From NCBI GenBank assembly GCA_043826455.1, contig JBDRQD010000039.1:923-64922 (forward strand): DNA of 64,000 nt. Reading direction: 5' to 3'. This DNA comes from Candidatus Bathyarchaeota archaeon. Its GTDB lineage: Archaea; Thermoproteota; Bathyarchaeia; TCS64. Below the pieces are notes generated by a model. The model was not told where the DNA came from and ran no database searches. It saw only the letters and a list, made by a program, of their open reading frames with translations. Shown piece after piece: positions 18,334 to 28,134 of the stretch. The translations under genes were made by a program, and so were the position numbers. Numbering within the stretch: position 1 is the stretch's first letter; every line of letters begins with the position of its first letter.

Positions 18334-18478
18334 TTATTTTCCCCGGTTTAGGTCTGGGCTGGTGATCTGGATTCTGTTGCTGAGTGCAAATTTTTTCATT
18401 GATTTTGGTTGTCTGCAGTTATTTGGATGGAAAATAAGTTAAACAGTTTTCCGGGTATTTATCCCCGGTTTATAATAT
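18334..18478 (+). promoter_or_regulatory. Two copies of a TTAT..CCCCGGTTTA box. The second overlaps a TATA-like TTTATAATAT upstream of the GH99-like gene.
   Basis: CCCCGGTTTA occurs at 18341-18350 and 18463-18472 with similar T-rich left flanks. Confidence 0.45.
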
Positions 18479-18506
18479 CTAAATTTTGGATGACTACTCA
18501 AGGTGT

Positions 18507-20996
18507 ATGCGGAGCCGAGAATATATTCTGCTCGTCACCATACTGCTTGCATTCACGGTGACGCCCCCCAACGTTTCGGGGGCGTCCGAATCCGCCCACA
18601 TCCTCAAGATCACGGTGTCCACGGACTCCGACTGGAGCACCGTGAAGCTTGGGCTCAGCAGCTTGCTCCTCTGGGACCTGACGGTGGACCGAGGACTAGA
18701 GGAGAGTGTCGCTGCCTGGGCCGATGAAGCTCTGCACCTGTCCATATCTAAAGCGCCCTACGATTCATCAGTGGTCCAGGTCACTTTGGAGGCCCTCGTA
18801 CTGAGCGGAGGAGAGGCCGTGGAGGTTGCCGTGGAGAAGGGGTTCATCGGCGAGACCCGGATAAGGGTCTACGGCTGGGCCATGGGTAGGTACCTGCAGC
18901 TGAAGAGGATCAACCATGGAAGCGTGCCGGGCGACCCGGCTCTGAATAGGGGTGTCTACACCGTGTCCGCTGAGGCGCTGCGGTACTCCCGGCTAGGCGT
19001 GGAGAGGCTGGGAGAGGAGCCGCCCAAGATGGTTCACGCCGTCTACTACCCTTGGTACGGTAGCCCTTCGGGGCCCTCGTCCTCGTGGAGCCACTGGAGC
19101 GACGTAACCTCGGACAACTCGGGGAACTCTGCTCATTTTCCAGTTCTGGGCGCCTACGACAGCTTGGACCTAGCCCTAATAGAAGCCCACATTGCTGTGG
19201 CCAAGGACGCCGGATTAGACGGTTTTCTGTGCTCGTGGTGGGGCCCCGGGTCCCGCGAGGACCAGGCTCTCGGGCTGATGCTTGAAACGGCTGAGGGGCT
19301 GGGCTTCAAGGTGGGGGTCTACTACGAGTCCATCCGGGACGGCGTCGGCCCTCTATCAGCGGAGATCATGGTCGAGGAGCTGTGCTACATAGTTGGCAGG
19401 TACTCGGGGGAGACTGGATATCTCAAGGTGGGTGACGCTCCCGTGGTGTTTGTTTTTGGGGCCCAGGCCGGGGACAGGGACGTGTCTCTGTGGAGGCGTG
19501 TGAAGGACGAGGTTGAGGCTAGGGTGGGTGAGGTCCTGCTCGTGGGGGATATGAGGGACCCGGGGCTTCTAGGTGCCTTGGACGGTATGCACGTGTACAA
19601 CGAGTTGGATGCATCGGAGCACGGAGCCGTCACCGAGGTCATAGCTGGTAACAGGTGGGTGCTTGAGGAGTCTGACATTGAAGCGGTCAAGGCCCGCGTC
19701 AAGTCGGATGGGGTTCTAACGCTCAGCAGAAAGCTCGCCGTGGGCACCGTGCTTCCCGGGTACGACGACACAGAAACCAGAAGCCCGGGTGCGGTTCTGC
19801 CCAGAGACGGCTCAGAGACCTACGAAGGCTACTGGGGCCGCGTCGCTGGCTCGGATGTGGACTGGGTCGTGGTCACCAGCTGGAACGAGTGGCACGAGGG
19901 GACGGAGGTGGAGCCCAGCGTCGAGGAGGGGTTCCTAGCCTTACAGACGACCCGCGCCAACGCTCTACTGTTCAAGAGTCAAGTATATGAAGAGGCACAA
20001 CAGCCGGAAATCCGTGTAGAGGCTGAGTCGTGCAGCGAAAACGTGCTGGTGAGGCTGAGCAACCTTGGATCGGGGATAGCCTACGCGTTAACCTGTGAGA
20101 TGTCACGAGCGGGTGACCTGGTTGAAGCAACGACCATACCCCGTATAGGTTCTGGTGAGATCACGGAGTACAGCCTGACGCTTCCAGAGGCGGAGGCGTC
20201 TTACAGTGTCCTGGTAACCTACTACGGCTTCACAGGGGGGCGGCATGAGGAAACCATAAGCTTCACGTCTCCCCCAGGTGAGGCTAAAGAGCCCCTAGCG
20301 CCCCCATTGTATCCGCCGCAGCCCGATGGGGAAGGAGTGTGGCTGAGCCTCCGAGGATTAGAGGTCGAGGCAGGGTACGGGACGCTCCACGTGGAGGCCA
20401 GCGTAGACGTCCTGAGCGACCCGGCCGACGTGGAGTACTGCAGCCTGGACGTCGTGGTGGACGGTGAGGTCGTTCACGGTGAGTGCTGGAGCAGCCTGCC
20501 CGAGGTGACGTGGGGCCACCCGGCACTCACTGCTCCCCAGACAATGGCTTACGCGATGGACGTCCCCCTTGAGCCGGGCGTTCACACGGTCTATCTCCGG
20601 AGCTACGCCAGGAACGCGTGGTTCAGCACCGTTTTCACGGGTGACCCCATCACTGTCACAGTCCCGGGCCAATACGTGGACGTCCAGGTCACCCGCTTCA
20701 CGGCGAGGGAGGTGAGCGGCTACCTCCTGGTGGAGCTGGAGGCTCACGTGGAGTCGGATCCTCCGCTGATGGAGTACTGCAGCCTCACGTTGCTGTATGG
20801 GGGTAGTATCATTGGGGGTGTCTGCTGGACGGATATCCCTGGCCTTGGTGGCTACAGGGCAGTGGCGGCCCCTGTGAACCTGCATTACACGTGCACGGTC
20901 CCCGTGGGTCTGAAGGATTTACTCTACGCGGTGGCCTACGCCAGGAACGTGGCCGGGTCCTTTGCCCAGGCGCGGCTGAACGAGTTCACGCGTTAG
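18507..20996 (+). CDS. Secreted GH99-like glycoside hydrolase with C-terminal tandem repeat domains
   Basis: Signal-like N-terminus. YYPWYG...WSHW and TSWNEWHEGTEVEP motifs resemble GH99 endo-alpha-mannosidase-like enzymes. There are two C-terminal ~120-aa repeats sharing an EYCSL motif. Confidence 0.6.
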   Translation: MRSREYILLVTILLAFTVTPPNVSGASESAHILKITVSTDSDWSTVKLGLSSLLLWDLTVDRGLEESVAAWADEALHLSISKAPYDSSVVQVTLEALVLSGGEAVEVAVEKGFIGETRIRVYGWAMGRYLQLKRINHGSVPGDPALNRGVYTVSAEALRYSRLGVERLGEEPPKMVHAVYYPWYGSPSGPSSSWSHWSDVTSDNSGNSAHFPVLGAYDSLDLALIEAHIAVAKDAGLDGFLCSWWGPGSREDQALGLMLETAEGLGFKVGVYYESIRDGVGPLSAEIMVEELCYIVGRYSGETGYLKVGDAPVVFVFGAQAGDRDVSLWRRVKDEVEARVGEVLLVGDMRDPGLLGALDGMHVYNELDASEHGAVTEVIAGNRWVLEESDIEAVKARVKSDGVLTLSRKLAVGTVLPGYDDTETRSPGAVLPRDGSETYEGYWGRVAGSDVDWVVVTSWNEWHEGTEVEPSVEEGFLALQTTRANALLFKSQVYEEAQQPEIRVEAESCSENVLVRLSNLGSGIAYALTCEMSRAGDLVEATTIPRIGSGEITEYSLTLPEAEASYSVLVTYYGFTGGRHEETISFTSPPGEAKEPLAPPLYPPQPDGEGVWLSLRGLEVEAGYGTLHVEASVDVLSDPADVEYCSLDVVVDGEVVHGECWSSLPEVTWGHPALTAPQTMAYAMDVPLEPGVHTVYLRSYARNAWFSTVFTGDPITVTVPGQYVDVQVTRFTAREVSGYLLVELEAHVESDPPLMEYCSLTLLYGGSIIGGVCWTDIPGLGGYRAVAAPVNLHYTCTVPVGLKDLLYAVAYARNVAGSFAQARLNEFTR

Positions 20997-21063
20997 CTCG
21001 CCGTCTCCAAACAAAAAAGACGAGACCAGAAATATATGGGCTAGGTCTGAGGTGTCCTCGGAC

Positions 21064-21744
21064 TTAAGTGATTATGGGGGCGGCCACGGCTATCGCCCTG
21101 ACGAGGTCGCACGTGTCCTCACACCTATCAGTGATGTTCTCGAAGGACTCCACGAGCTGGGAAATGAGTATGGCTTCACCGATCTCGACTTGCCCCGTTT
21201 TGAAGCCAGCTATCTCCCTCCTCGCCTGCCTGTGCAGGCGGTCCATCTCCTCCTCCAGCCTCTCTACCTCGTCGGCGGCCTTCAGGGCGTCCTGGAACTT
21301 CCTGTCGATGAGCTTATCGATGCAGATGTCGAGGCCCAGGACGCAGCTCTTGACCACCCTCATGACGTCAGGGATCATCTTCTTCAGCTCCTCTGGAGCC
21401 TCGTCGAGGTTGAACTCCACCAGTATGCGCCCTGTCTCGTTGACCCAGTCTATGACGTGGTTGATCTCCCTCGCGAGCCTCATGAGGTCCTCCCTGTCGG
21501 AGGACGGCAGCTCGCCCTTGGTGAGCTCGGCCACGATCTTCTTCTTGAGGAGGTCCGCGGCCTTCTCCTTCTGCTGGAGGCCGTCGAAGCTCTTGTTGAG
21601 CTCATCGTGCTTTCCCTCTAGGGCGTGGTTCACGCAGCGCTCCAGAATCTCTGTGGTCGTCACCATCGACTTCGAGTGGTCCCGGATCATGGTGATTACC
21701 AGGATTTTCCTCCTAGTCTTCAGCCAGCTCTCAAGGTGCGTCAT
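21064..21744 (-). CDS. DUF47 / PhoU-like (Pit-accessory type) protein
   Basis: 226 aa helical protein with a family-like pattern (REINHVIDWVNE..., ENITDRCEDTCD). Confidence 0.7.
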   Translation of the reverse strand: MTHLESWLKTRRKILVITMIRDHSKSMVTTTEILERCVNHALEGKHDELNKSFDGLQQKEKAADLLKKKIVAELTKGELPSSDREDLMRLAREINHVIDWVNETGRILVEFNLDEAPEELKKMIPDVMRVVKSCVLGLDICIDKLIDRKFQDALKAADEVERLEEEMDRLHRQARREIAGFKTGQVEIGEAILISQLVESFENITDRCEDTCDLVRAIAVAAPIIT

Positions 21745-21759
21745 ACCTGTATCATCACC

Positions 21760-22869
21760 TCATTCTAGGCTTAATGCCTTTTCCAATCCCTCCTCGGGGT
21801 ACCTGAACGTGAGAAGCCTCTCCTCGGGTAAAGCGGCGTAAACCTTGTCCCCCGCGGCGAAGCCCGCAGCGTCGCCTCTAACCGCGGCCTTGGATAGGAA
21901 CACCTCGCCGTTGGAGGCCCTCAGCTCGTACCTGAAGTGGTCCCCGACGAAGGAGGCGGACGTGACGGTGCACTCCCAGGTGTTTCCGCCTGCAGGGTCA
22001 TTGACGAGCTCGACGAACTCGGGGCGGATCGCCAGCACGCATCGTTCGCCCTCCTTCAGAGGCGTCTCCTCCCTGACCGCGGCCATGATGGTGGAGCCGT
22101 TAACGGCCACCTCGGCGACGTGGTCAGTATACTTCTTCACAGTACCCGTGAAGAAGTTGGCTTCCCCCAGGAACTTGGCAGTAAACAGCTCACGAGGGTT
22201 GAGGTACATCTCCTGGGGCGGACCCACCTCGACGATCCTGCCGGCCTTCATCACGACTATCCTGTCGGATATGGAAAGCGCCTCCTCCTGGTCGTGTGTG
22301 ACGTGGATGGCGGTGAGGCCCAGGTCCTTGACCAGCTTCCTGAGCTCGTACCTCAGGGACGTACGGACCTTGAGGTCCAGGGCGCCCAAGGGCTCGTCCA
22401 GCAGGAGGAGAGTTGACCCTGAGACCAGGGCCCTCGATATGGCTGTCTTCTGCCTGGCCCCGCCGCTCAGCTCCCGGGGGTACAGCGTCGCGAAGCCGTC
22501 CAGGCCCATCATGTAGAGCATCTCTTCCACGGGGCTCTCCCTCTCCCTGGGAGTAGCCCCCTTCACCATCAAGCCGTATGACACGTTGTCGTAGGAGTTC
22601 ATGTGGGGGAACAGGGCGATTTCCTGGAAGACGTACCCGACGCCCCTCTCCTCTATGGGCAGCGCCTTGGCCGCTTCCCCGTCTATGTAGACTTCCCCTG
22701 CGTCGGGCTTCACGATGCCGGCTATGGTCTTGATGAGGGTGGTCTTGCCGCACCCGCTGGGGCCGACGACGCACAAGTACTCGCCTGCGTTGGCCGTGAG
22801 AGAGACATCCTGAAGAGCTCTGACGGCCCCATAGGCCTTCGCGGCCTCCTCGACGCGTACCTCAGGCAC
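21760..22869 (-). CDS. ABC transporter ATPase (PotA/MalK-like with C-terminal TOBE-like domain)
   Basis: Walker A GPSGCGKTT, signature LSGGARQ, Walker B LLLDEP. GTG start. Confidence 0.9.
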   Translation of the reverse strand: MPEVRVEEAAKAYGAVRALQDVSLTANAGEYLCVVGPSGCGKTTLIKTIAGIVKPDAGEVYIDGEAAKALPIEERGVGYVFQEIALFPHMNSYDNVSYGLMVKGATPRERESPVEEMLYMMGLDGFATLYPRELSGGARQKTAISRALVSGSTLLLLDEPLGALDLKVRTSLRYELRKLVKDLGLTAIHVTHDQEEALSISDRIVVMKAGRIVEVGPPQEMYLNPRELFTAKFLGEANFFTGTVKKYTDHVAEVAVNGSTIMAAVREETPLKEGERCVLAIRPEFVELVNDPAGGNTWECTVTSASFVGDHFRYELRASNGEVFLSKAAVRGDAAGFAAGDKVYAALPEERLLTFRYPEEGLEKALSLE

Positions 22870-23979
22870 CTAGTACACCTCCAGTTCCCTCTGAAGCCCT
22901 ATGGTGGGGGACTCGTAGACGTGGGTGTGCACTGGGTTGAAGCTCACGCTCACCCAGTCTCCCACCGCCACAGCCTTCACCGGCGAGCCTATGGGCACCC
23001 TGGCAGCCACCTGGTCCCCGTTTGCGAGCCTCACCGTGTAGCGCGTCCACTCCCCAAGGAAATGGATAGCCTCGACCTCCCCGGAGAACCTGTTCTCCTT
23101 GCCGTCGCGGGCCCTAGGGCGTATGCTCAGCTTCTCCTCCCTGACGGCCACCACCACTGGCTCCTCAGGCTCAAAGCTCACGTCGGCGACGTTGACCCTG
23201 AGGTTCTCCCTGAGCCTTATCACGCTGCCTATGATTTCCCTGTTCTCCACTATGCCCTCCAGGAAGTTGGAGTTGCCCACGAAGTTGGCCACGAATATGT
23301 TCCCGGGCCTGTTATAGACGTGGAAGGGTGTGCTGTGCTGCTGGAGCTTGCCGTGGCGGAGGACGAGTATCCTGTCCCCTATGGTCATGGCTTCCTCCTG
23401 GTCGTGGGTCACGTGGATGACGGTGAGCCCGGACTCCTTTGCCAACCGTCTGAGCTCGGTCCTCAGCTCCAGCCGGAGCCTGACATCCAGGGCGCCCAGG
23501 GGCTCGTCCAGGAGCAGCGTTTTGGACCCTGAGGCGAGGCCCCTCGCCAGGGCGACGCGCTGCTGCATGCCGCCGCTGAGCTCGTTGGGGTAGGCGTCAG
23601 CCCTCGCGTCCAGCCTCACCATCCTCAGAATACTGAGGGCGGCCTCCTCCGCCTCGGGTTTGGGCACGTCCTTGGAGAGAGGGCCGTAGGCCACGTTCTC
23701 CAGGACGGTGAGGTGAGGGAACAAGGCGTAGGTCTGGGGAACATAGACGGCGTCCCTCTCCTCAGCCGGGATGTCGCTCACATCCACGCCGCCGAAAAGT
23801 ATCTCGCCCTCCGTGGGCTGAATGATTCCGGAGATGAGCCTGAGAAGCGTCGTCTTTCCGCTGCCGGTGGAGCCGAGAACGCACAGGTATTCGCCGTCCC
23901 TGACCTCGAAGGAGACGTCGTCCACGGCCTTCAGGGACCTGAACCGCTTCGTGAGGTTCCTGACGCTGATGGACGGCAC
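22870..23979 (-). CDS. ABC transporter ATPase, second paralogue
   Basis: GSTGSGKTT, LSGGMQQ, LLLDEP. GTG 23979 is preceded by GGAGGGG. Confidence 0.9.
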   Translation of the reverse strand: MPSISVRNLTKRFRSLKAVDDVSFEVRDGEYLCVLGSTGSGKTTLLRLISGIIQPTEGEILFGGVDVSDIPAEERDAVYVPQTYALFPHLTVLENVAYGPLSKDVPKPEAEEAALSILRMVRLDARADAYPNELSGGMQQRVALARGLASGSKTLLLDEPLGALDVRLRLELRTELRRLAKESGLTVIHVTHDQEEAMTIGDRILVLRHGKLQQHSTPFHVYNRPGNIFVANFVGNSNFLEGIVENREIIGSVIRLRENLRVNVADVSFEPEEPVVVAVREEKLSIRPRARDGKENRFSGEVEAIHFLGEWTRYTVRLANGDQVAARVPIGSPVKAVAVGDWVSVSFNPVHTHVYESPTIGLQRELEVY

Positions 23980-23980
23980 C

Positions 23981-25612
23981 TCACTTACCCCTCCTGTAGA
24001 CGACGAGCCTGAGGGCCAGCAGGGATGCAAAGGAGGTGAGCACAAGGAAGGCTATGCCCAGGGCGATGTCCGAGGTGGTGGCCGGGACCACGTGCTTGAC
24101 CCACGAGACCAGTAGCACGGGGGCCGTCTTCAGGCTCTGGGACACGGCCGTGGTGGCGCCTGTCTCGTCGACGCTCCTCGTGAAGGTGAGGATGGCGCCG
24201 GAGAATATGGAGTACTTGGTGAGGGGTACGATGATCCTCCTGAAGACCGTGAGGGGTCTGCTCCCCAGGGTCCTCGCGGTCTCCTCCATCTCCTCGGGGA
24301 TGCCCTCGATGGAGGCCGCCATCGCCTGCACGAAGTAGGTGTACGTGATCGTGGTGTGGGCGAAGACTATTATCCAGAACTCGGGGAGAAACCCGAAGCT
24401 CCTCCAGAAGAAGCTGAGGGAGACGCCGAGGGCGACACTGGGCACGACGATAGGGATGTTCACCGCCGCGTCGAGGACCGCGGTGGCCAGCTTACCGAGC
24501 CTCTTCCTGGCGATGAGTATGGCGACAGGTAGGCCGGTGACGACGTTGATGATGGTCGCCACGGCGCCTATGGTGTAGGATAGGGCCATGGCCTGCCAGT
24601 ACTCAGACCAGATGCCTCTGCCCGACAGGGCGTTCTGGATGGTTCCGTCGGTCAGGGCCCCCAGTGCGGGGAATGTGATGTATATCGAAGGCGCCAGGAC
24701 GAACAGGGCGAATATGGCTAAGGTTGCGCCGTCCCTCATGTTCACTGTGCGCCTGGAGCTAAGCTTGGCCTCTAACCCGGGCAGTACCCTGTTGAGGGGC
24801 AGCTTGAGCCTCGGACCCAGAAGCCTGATGAGGGCGAAAACGGTCACGGAGAATATGATCAGGGTGAAGCTGACGAGGACCATGGGCCCCTCCAGGCCCG
24901 CGTCCTTGGCGTTCTTGATGAACACCGGGCCGTTCTCGAAGACTCCCGCCACCATCACCGTGGCGCCGGTCTCCGACAGGGAGCGGGCGAAGGCGAGGAG
25001 GAAGGCGGCTATTAGGCCCGGCCTCAGTAGGGGTAGCGTCACCGTCCTGGCGATGGTAAAGGCCTTGGCTCCCAGGGTCTTCGCGGCAGTCTCGTAGATA
25101 ACGTTGTAGGCGAGGAGCTCGCCCACCATGACCCTGACGATGACGGGGTACGAGAAGGCGAAGTGGAGGAGCAGGATGAGGGGGAGGCCGGGCTGCACGC
25201 TGAAGCCTAGGAGGGACAACGGCCCGGTGCCGCTCCAGAATAGGAGGGTCGAGAAGCCTAGGGCGACCGTCGGTATTATGAAGGGGATGTCGGCGAGGGC
25301 GTCCATGACGTTCCTCCACTTGGAGCTCCCCCTGGCGATGATCCAGGCCATGGGGAGGGCCAGTACCAGGTCCAGCGTCGCGACGCCGAAGGCGATGGCG
25401 AAGGAGTAGAATATGGCCGACTTGGCCCTATCGAGGAGGGCGGCGTCTTGGAGTACCTGGCCTACGAGGCTTATCTTCAGGCTGATACCGAGGACGGGGG
25501 GGAGGAGGATGAAAAAGACTAGGAAGAATATGGAGCCCATGTAGGTCAGCCTCTTAGACAGCTGGTTCGACGAGAGCTCGTCGAGCCTCCTCAAGACAGC
25601 TTCAGACAACAA
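23981..25612 (-). CDS. ABC transporter permease, fused two-domain (FbpB/ThiP-like)
   Basis: 543 aa, about 12 TM segments, two EAA-like loops (SLSETGAT / SVDETGAT). Confidence 0.85.
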   Translation of the reverse strand: MLSEAVLRRLDELSSNQLSKRLTYMGSIFFLVFFILLPPVLGISLKISLVGQVLQDAALLDRAKSAIFYSFAIAFGVATLDLVLALPMAWIIARGSSKWRNVMDALADIPFIIPTVALGFSTLLFWSGTGPLSLLGFSVQPGLPLILLLHFAFSYPVIVRVMVGELLAYNVIYETAAKTLGAKAFTIARTVTLPLLRPGLIAAFLLAFARSLSETGATVMVAGVFENGPVFIKNAKDAGLEGPMVLVSFTLIIFSVTVFALIRLLGPRLKLPLNRVLPGLEAKLSSRRTVNMRDGATLAIFALFVLAPSIYITFPALGALTDGTIQNALSGRGIWSEYWQAMALSYTIGAVATIINVVTGLPVAILIARKRLGKLATAVLDAAVNIPIVVPSVALGVSLSFFWRSFGFLPEFWIIVFAHTTITYTYFVQAMAASIEGIPEEMEETARTLGSRPLTVFRRIIVPLTKYSIFSGAILTFTRSVDETGATTAVSQSLKTAPVLLVSWVKHVVPATTSDIALGIAFLVLTSFASLLALRLVVYRRGK

Positions 25613-25771
25613 TTTCCTATTAATTCGCCACCCTATTTATTCTGTTTCTCTGGGGGGAACGTATTCTCATAGTCTTATTATTATTCCATGTAGAAAATAT
25701 ATTTGGCAATAAACTATATCGTCTATATAGGTTGTTTGGCGCGTAGTGGCTGCGTCGGGTCTATTCAGCCT

Positions 25772-26236
25772 CTAGCGGTGGTCGTGGGGGCTGTCGTGGG
25801 TCTTGACGGGGATGACCCTTAGGCTTCTGTCCTCAACCGCGTAGCCTCTGAGGCCATCGTACTCGATCCCGTTGCCCTCCAGTATCTTCAGGGCCTTCTC
25901 CTCCAGGCCGTGGGGCACGTATATGAACAGCTTCTTGTATTTTCTGCCCACACTGGCGGTGTCCGACAGGAGCCTCCACAGTTTTGCTCTGCCCTCGTGG
26001 ACATCCTCGGCGCGTTCCACCATGCCCAGCTCCTGGACGCCGCCGTCGCCCCTGAGGATGACTATGCTGGGGTAGACAACACCATCTGAGCCCTCGATGC
26101 CGAACCGCTTCTGCTCGTCGTTGACTATGGTCTGGTAGTGGCTGGGCCAGCCCTCCACCTGGTCCACGAAGGGAAACCTAGTGGCAGCTATGATCCTGAT
26201 GATCCGGTTCCGCTGTACTTCTGGGTCCAGCATCAT
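25772..26236 (-). CDS. Hypothetical protein (~154 aa) translationally coupled to the HD gene
   Basis: ATG overlaps the upstream stop (ATGA). No recognisable family. Confidence 0.5.
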   Translation of the reverse strand: MMLDPEVQRNRIIRIIAATRFPFVDQVEGWPSHYQTIVNDEQKRFGIEGSDGVVYPSIVILRGDGGVQELGMVERAEDVHEGRAKLWRLLSDTASVGRKYKKLFIYVPHGLEEKALKILEGNGIEYDGLRGYAVEDRSLRVIPVKTHDSPHDHR

Positions 26237-26826
26237 ACGCTCAACCCTATCTCGGCTGCTACCCGCTGCATGGATGAAACTGCTATCTGGGCGAACTCGC
26301 TGAACTGGAGCCCTATCTCCTCGCACCTCATGATGTTCTCGCGGCTTACCTGGCGGGCGAAGCTCTTGTCCTTCATCCTGTCCTTGATGCTCTTGGCCTT
26401 CATGCCGACGAGCTTGGTGGGCCGCACCAGGGCGTTAGCCACGATCATCCCCGATATGGAGTCCGCAGCCAGCAGCGCCACATCCATCCTTTTCTCCGCC
26501 TTGAAGCCGGTGAGCTCGTTGTGGGACCTGATGGCGTCCACGGCCTCCTCGGGCAGCAAATCCCTGACCATCTCAGCCGACCTGAGGCCGTGCTTGCTGA
26601 AATCGTCACCGAAGGTCTCGTAGTCCACGTCGTGGAGGATGCCCACGGCCTCCCAGAGAGCCGGATCCTCGCCGAAGCGTTCCCCCAGGCCCCTCATAAT
26701 GGCGCCTACGCCTATCATGTGGTTGACCAGGTTCTCGTTCTTCACGTGCTCCTTAACGAGGGCTACGCATTCTTCGCGGGTGATCATGGAGTATGAACCG
26801 AGGCGGCATAGTTTAAGGCTATTCAT
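26233..26826 (-). CDS. HD-domain phosphohydrolase
   Basis: NHMIGVG...GILHDVDYE HD motif. Confidence 0.75.
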   Translation of the reverse strand: MNSLKLCRLGSYSMITREECVALVKEHVKNENLVNHMIGVGAIMRGLGERFGEDPALWEAVGILHDVDYETFGDDFSKHGLRSAEMVRDLLPEEAVDAIRSHNELTGFKAEKRMDVALLAADSISGMIVANALVRPTKLVGMKAKSIKDRMKDKSFARQVSRENIMRCEEIGLQFSEFAQIAVSSMQRVAAEIGLSV

Positions 26827-26849
26827 ATCAGTGTGACTTATATAGTGGC

Positions 26850-28079
26850 GTGGGTGACTTCGGGTATCAACCCGGGATGATGTATTTGGGTGAGGCGAGG
26901 ACCGGCGGATATCGTGGGCTTCTGAGCTACGGGCTCATCGTCATGACTCTCACGCACACGTTGACCCACGCGTTCCAGCAGATGCACTCGGCCCTGTACC
27001 CTGTGCTCAAGGTGGAGTTCGCTTTGACCAACCAGCAGGTGGGCCTCATCAGCAGCATCCCCAGCTTGGCAGCCGCCATACTGAGCATACCAGCGGGGAT
27101 GGCCACCGACAAGCTGGGAACCAAGAAGATGATCCTGTTCAGCAGCGTCGTGGCAGCTGCGGGGGCCTTGACGGCGAGTTTCGCTCAGAACCAGTGGATG
27201 TTCATACTGGCCGTCAGCTTCCTCTTCGTAAGCACCACCTTTTACCATCCAGCCAGCTACAGCTTCACCAGCTTCCTCTTCGAGCCCAGGGACCGGAGCA
27301 AGGCTCTGGGCATCCAAGGGGCGGGCGGCACCCTGGGCATGGCCCTGGGGCCCATAAGCATCAGCATCCTGGTGGGGCTCCTGGCCTTCGGGTGGAGGCA
27401 GGTGTACCTGGCCTGGGTGGTGCCCCTGGTCATCAGCGTCTTCATGGTCTATTACATCAAGTACATCCCAACACAGGACGTGGAGGTGAAGTCAGGCGAC
27501 GGAAAACCCACTAGGCAGGCAGAGAAGCTGCTGTCCGCCAGCCTCTTACTGTTCCTAGTTTTTGGGGGCCTGCGCACGGTGGCCGCCAGCATGACCACTA
27601 CCTTCCTGAGCCTGTGGCTGGTGAACACCAGGGGCCTGGACCTGGCCCTGGCAAGCCTCGTCTTCGGGGCCAGTAGCCTCATGGGCATCGTGGCCGCACC
27701 CATAGGCGGCGTCTTCGCCTCCAGGTACGGGGAGAAGAGGTGGATCGTGTATACTTTGGTGGTGGCCTACGTCTGCTTCGCCCTGGCTTTCCTAATCCCG
27801 TCCATATGGGCCTTCGCCGTCTTCTACCTTGGGTACGGTTTCTTTAACCTCCTGGGCATGGCGGCTAACTCGACCATCACGGCCAAGCTGAGCCCCAGCA
27901 GGCAGAGGGGCCTGGGCTTCGCCCTCTACTTCCTGCCTGGGAGCATCATGGGAGCCTTCGCCCCGATGATAGCCGCCTTCATAGCGGACTCCTTCGGAAT
28001 CTTCAACGTGTTCATGGCCAGCGTGGGGGTCTTCGCCCTGGCCTGGGCCCTGTTCCGGTTCGGGGTCAAGGTGGATTAA
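26850..28079 (+). CDS. MFS transporter
   Basis: 409 aa multi-TM protein. Confidence 0.8.
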   Translation: MGDFGYQPGMMYLGEARTGGYRGLLSYGLIVMTLTHTLTHAFQQMHSALYPVLKVEFALTNQQVGLISSIPSLAAAILSIPAGMATDKLGTKKMILFSSVVAAAGALTASFAQNQWMFILAVSFLFVSTTFYHPASYSFTSFLFEPRDRSKALGIQGAGGTLGMALGPISISILVGLLAFGWRQVYLAWVVPLVISVFMVYYIKYIPTQDVEVKSGDGKPTRQAEKLLSASLLLFLVFGGLRTVAASMTTTFLSLWLVNTRGLDLALASLVFGASSLMGIVAAPIGGVFASRYGEKRWIVYTLVVAYVCFALAFLIPSIWAFAVFYLGYGFFNLLGMAANSTITAKLSPSRQRGLGFALYFLPGSIMGAFAPMIAAFIADSFGIFNVFMASVGVFALAWALFRFGVKVD

Positions 28080-28134
28080 GCCCCGTAGATTCAGGTGGGG
28101 TATTCCTCATTTTCTCTGGTTTATATCAAATTTA

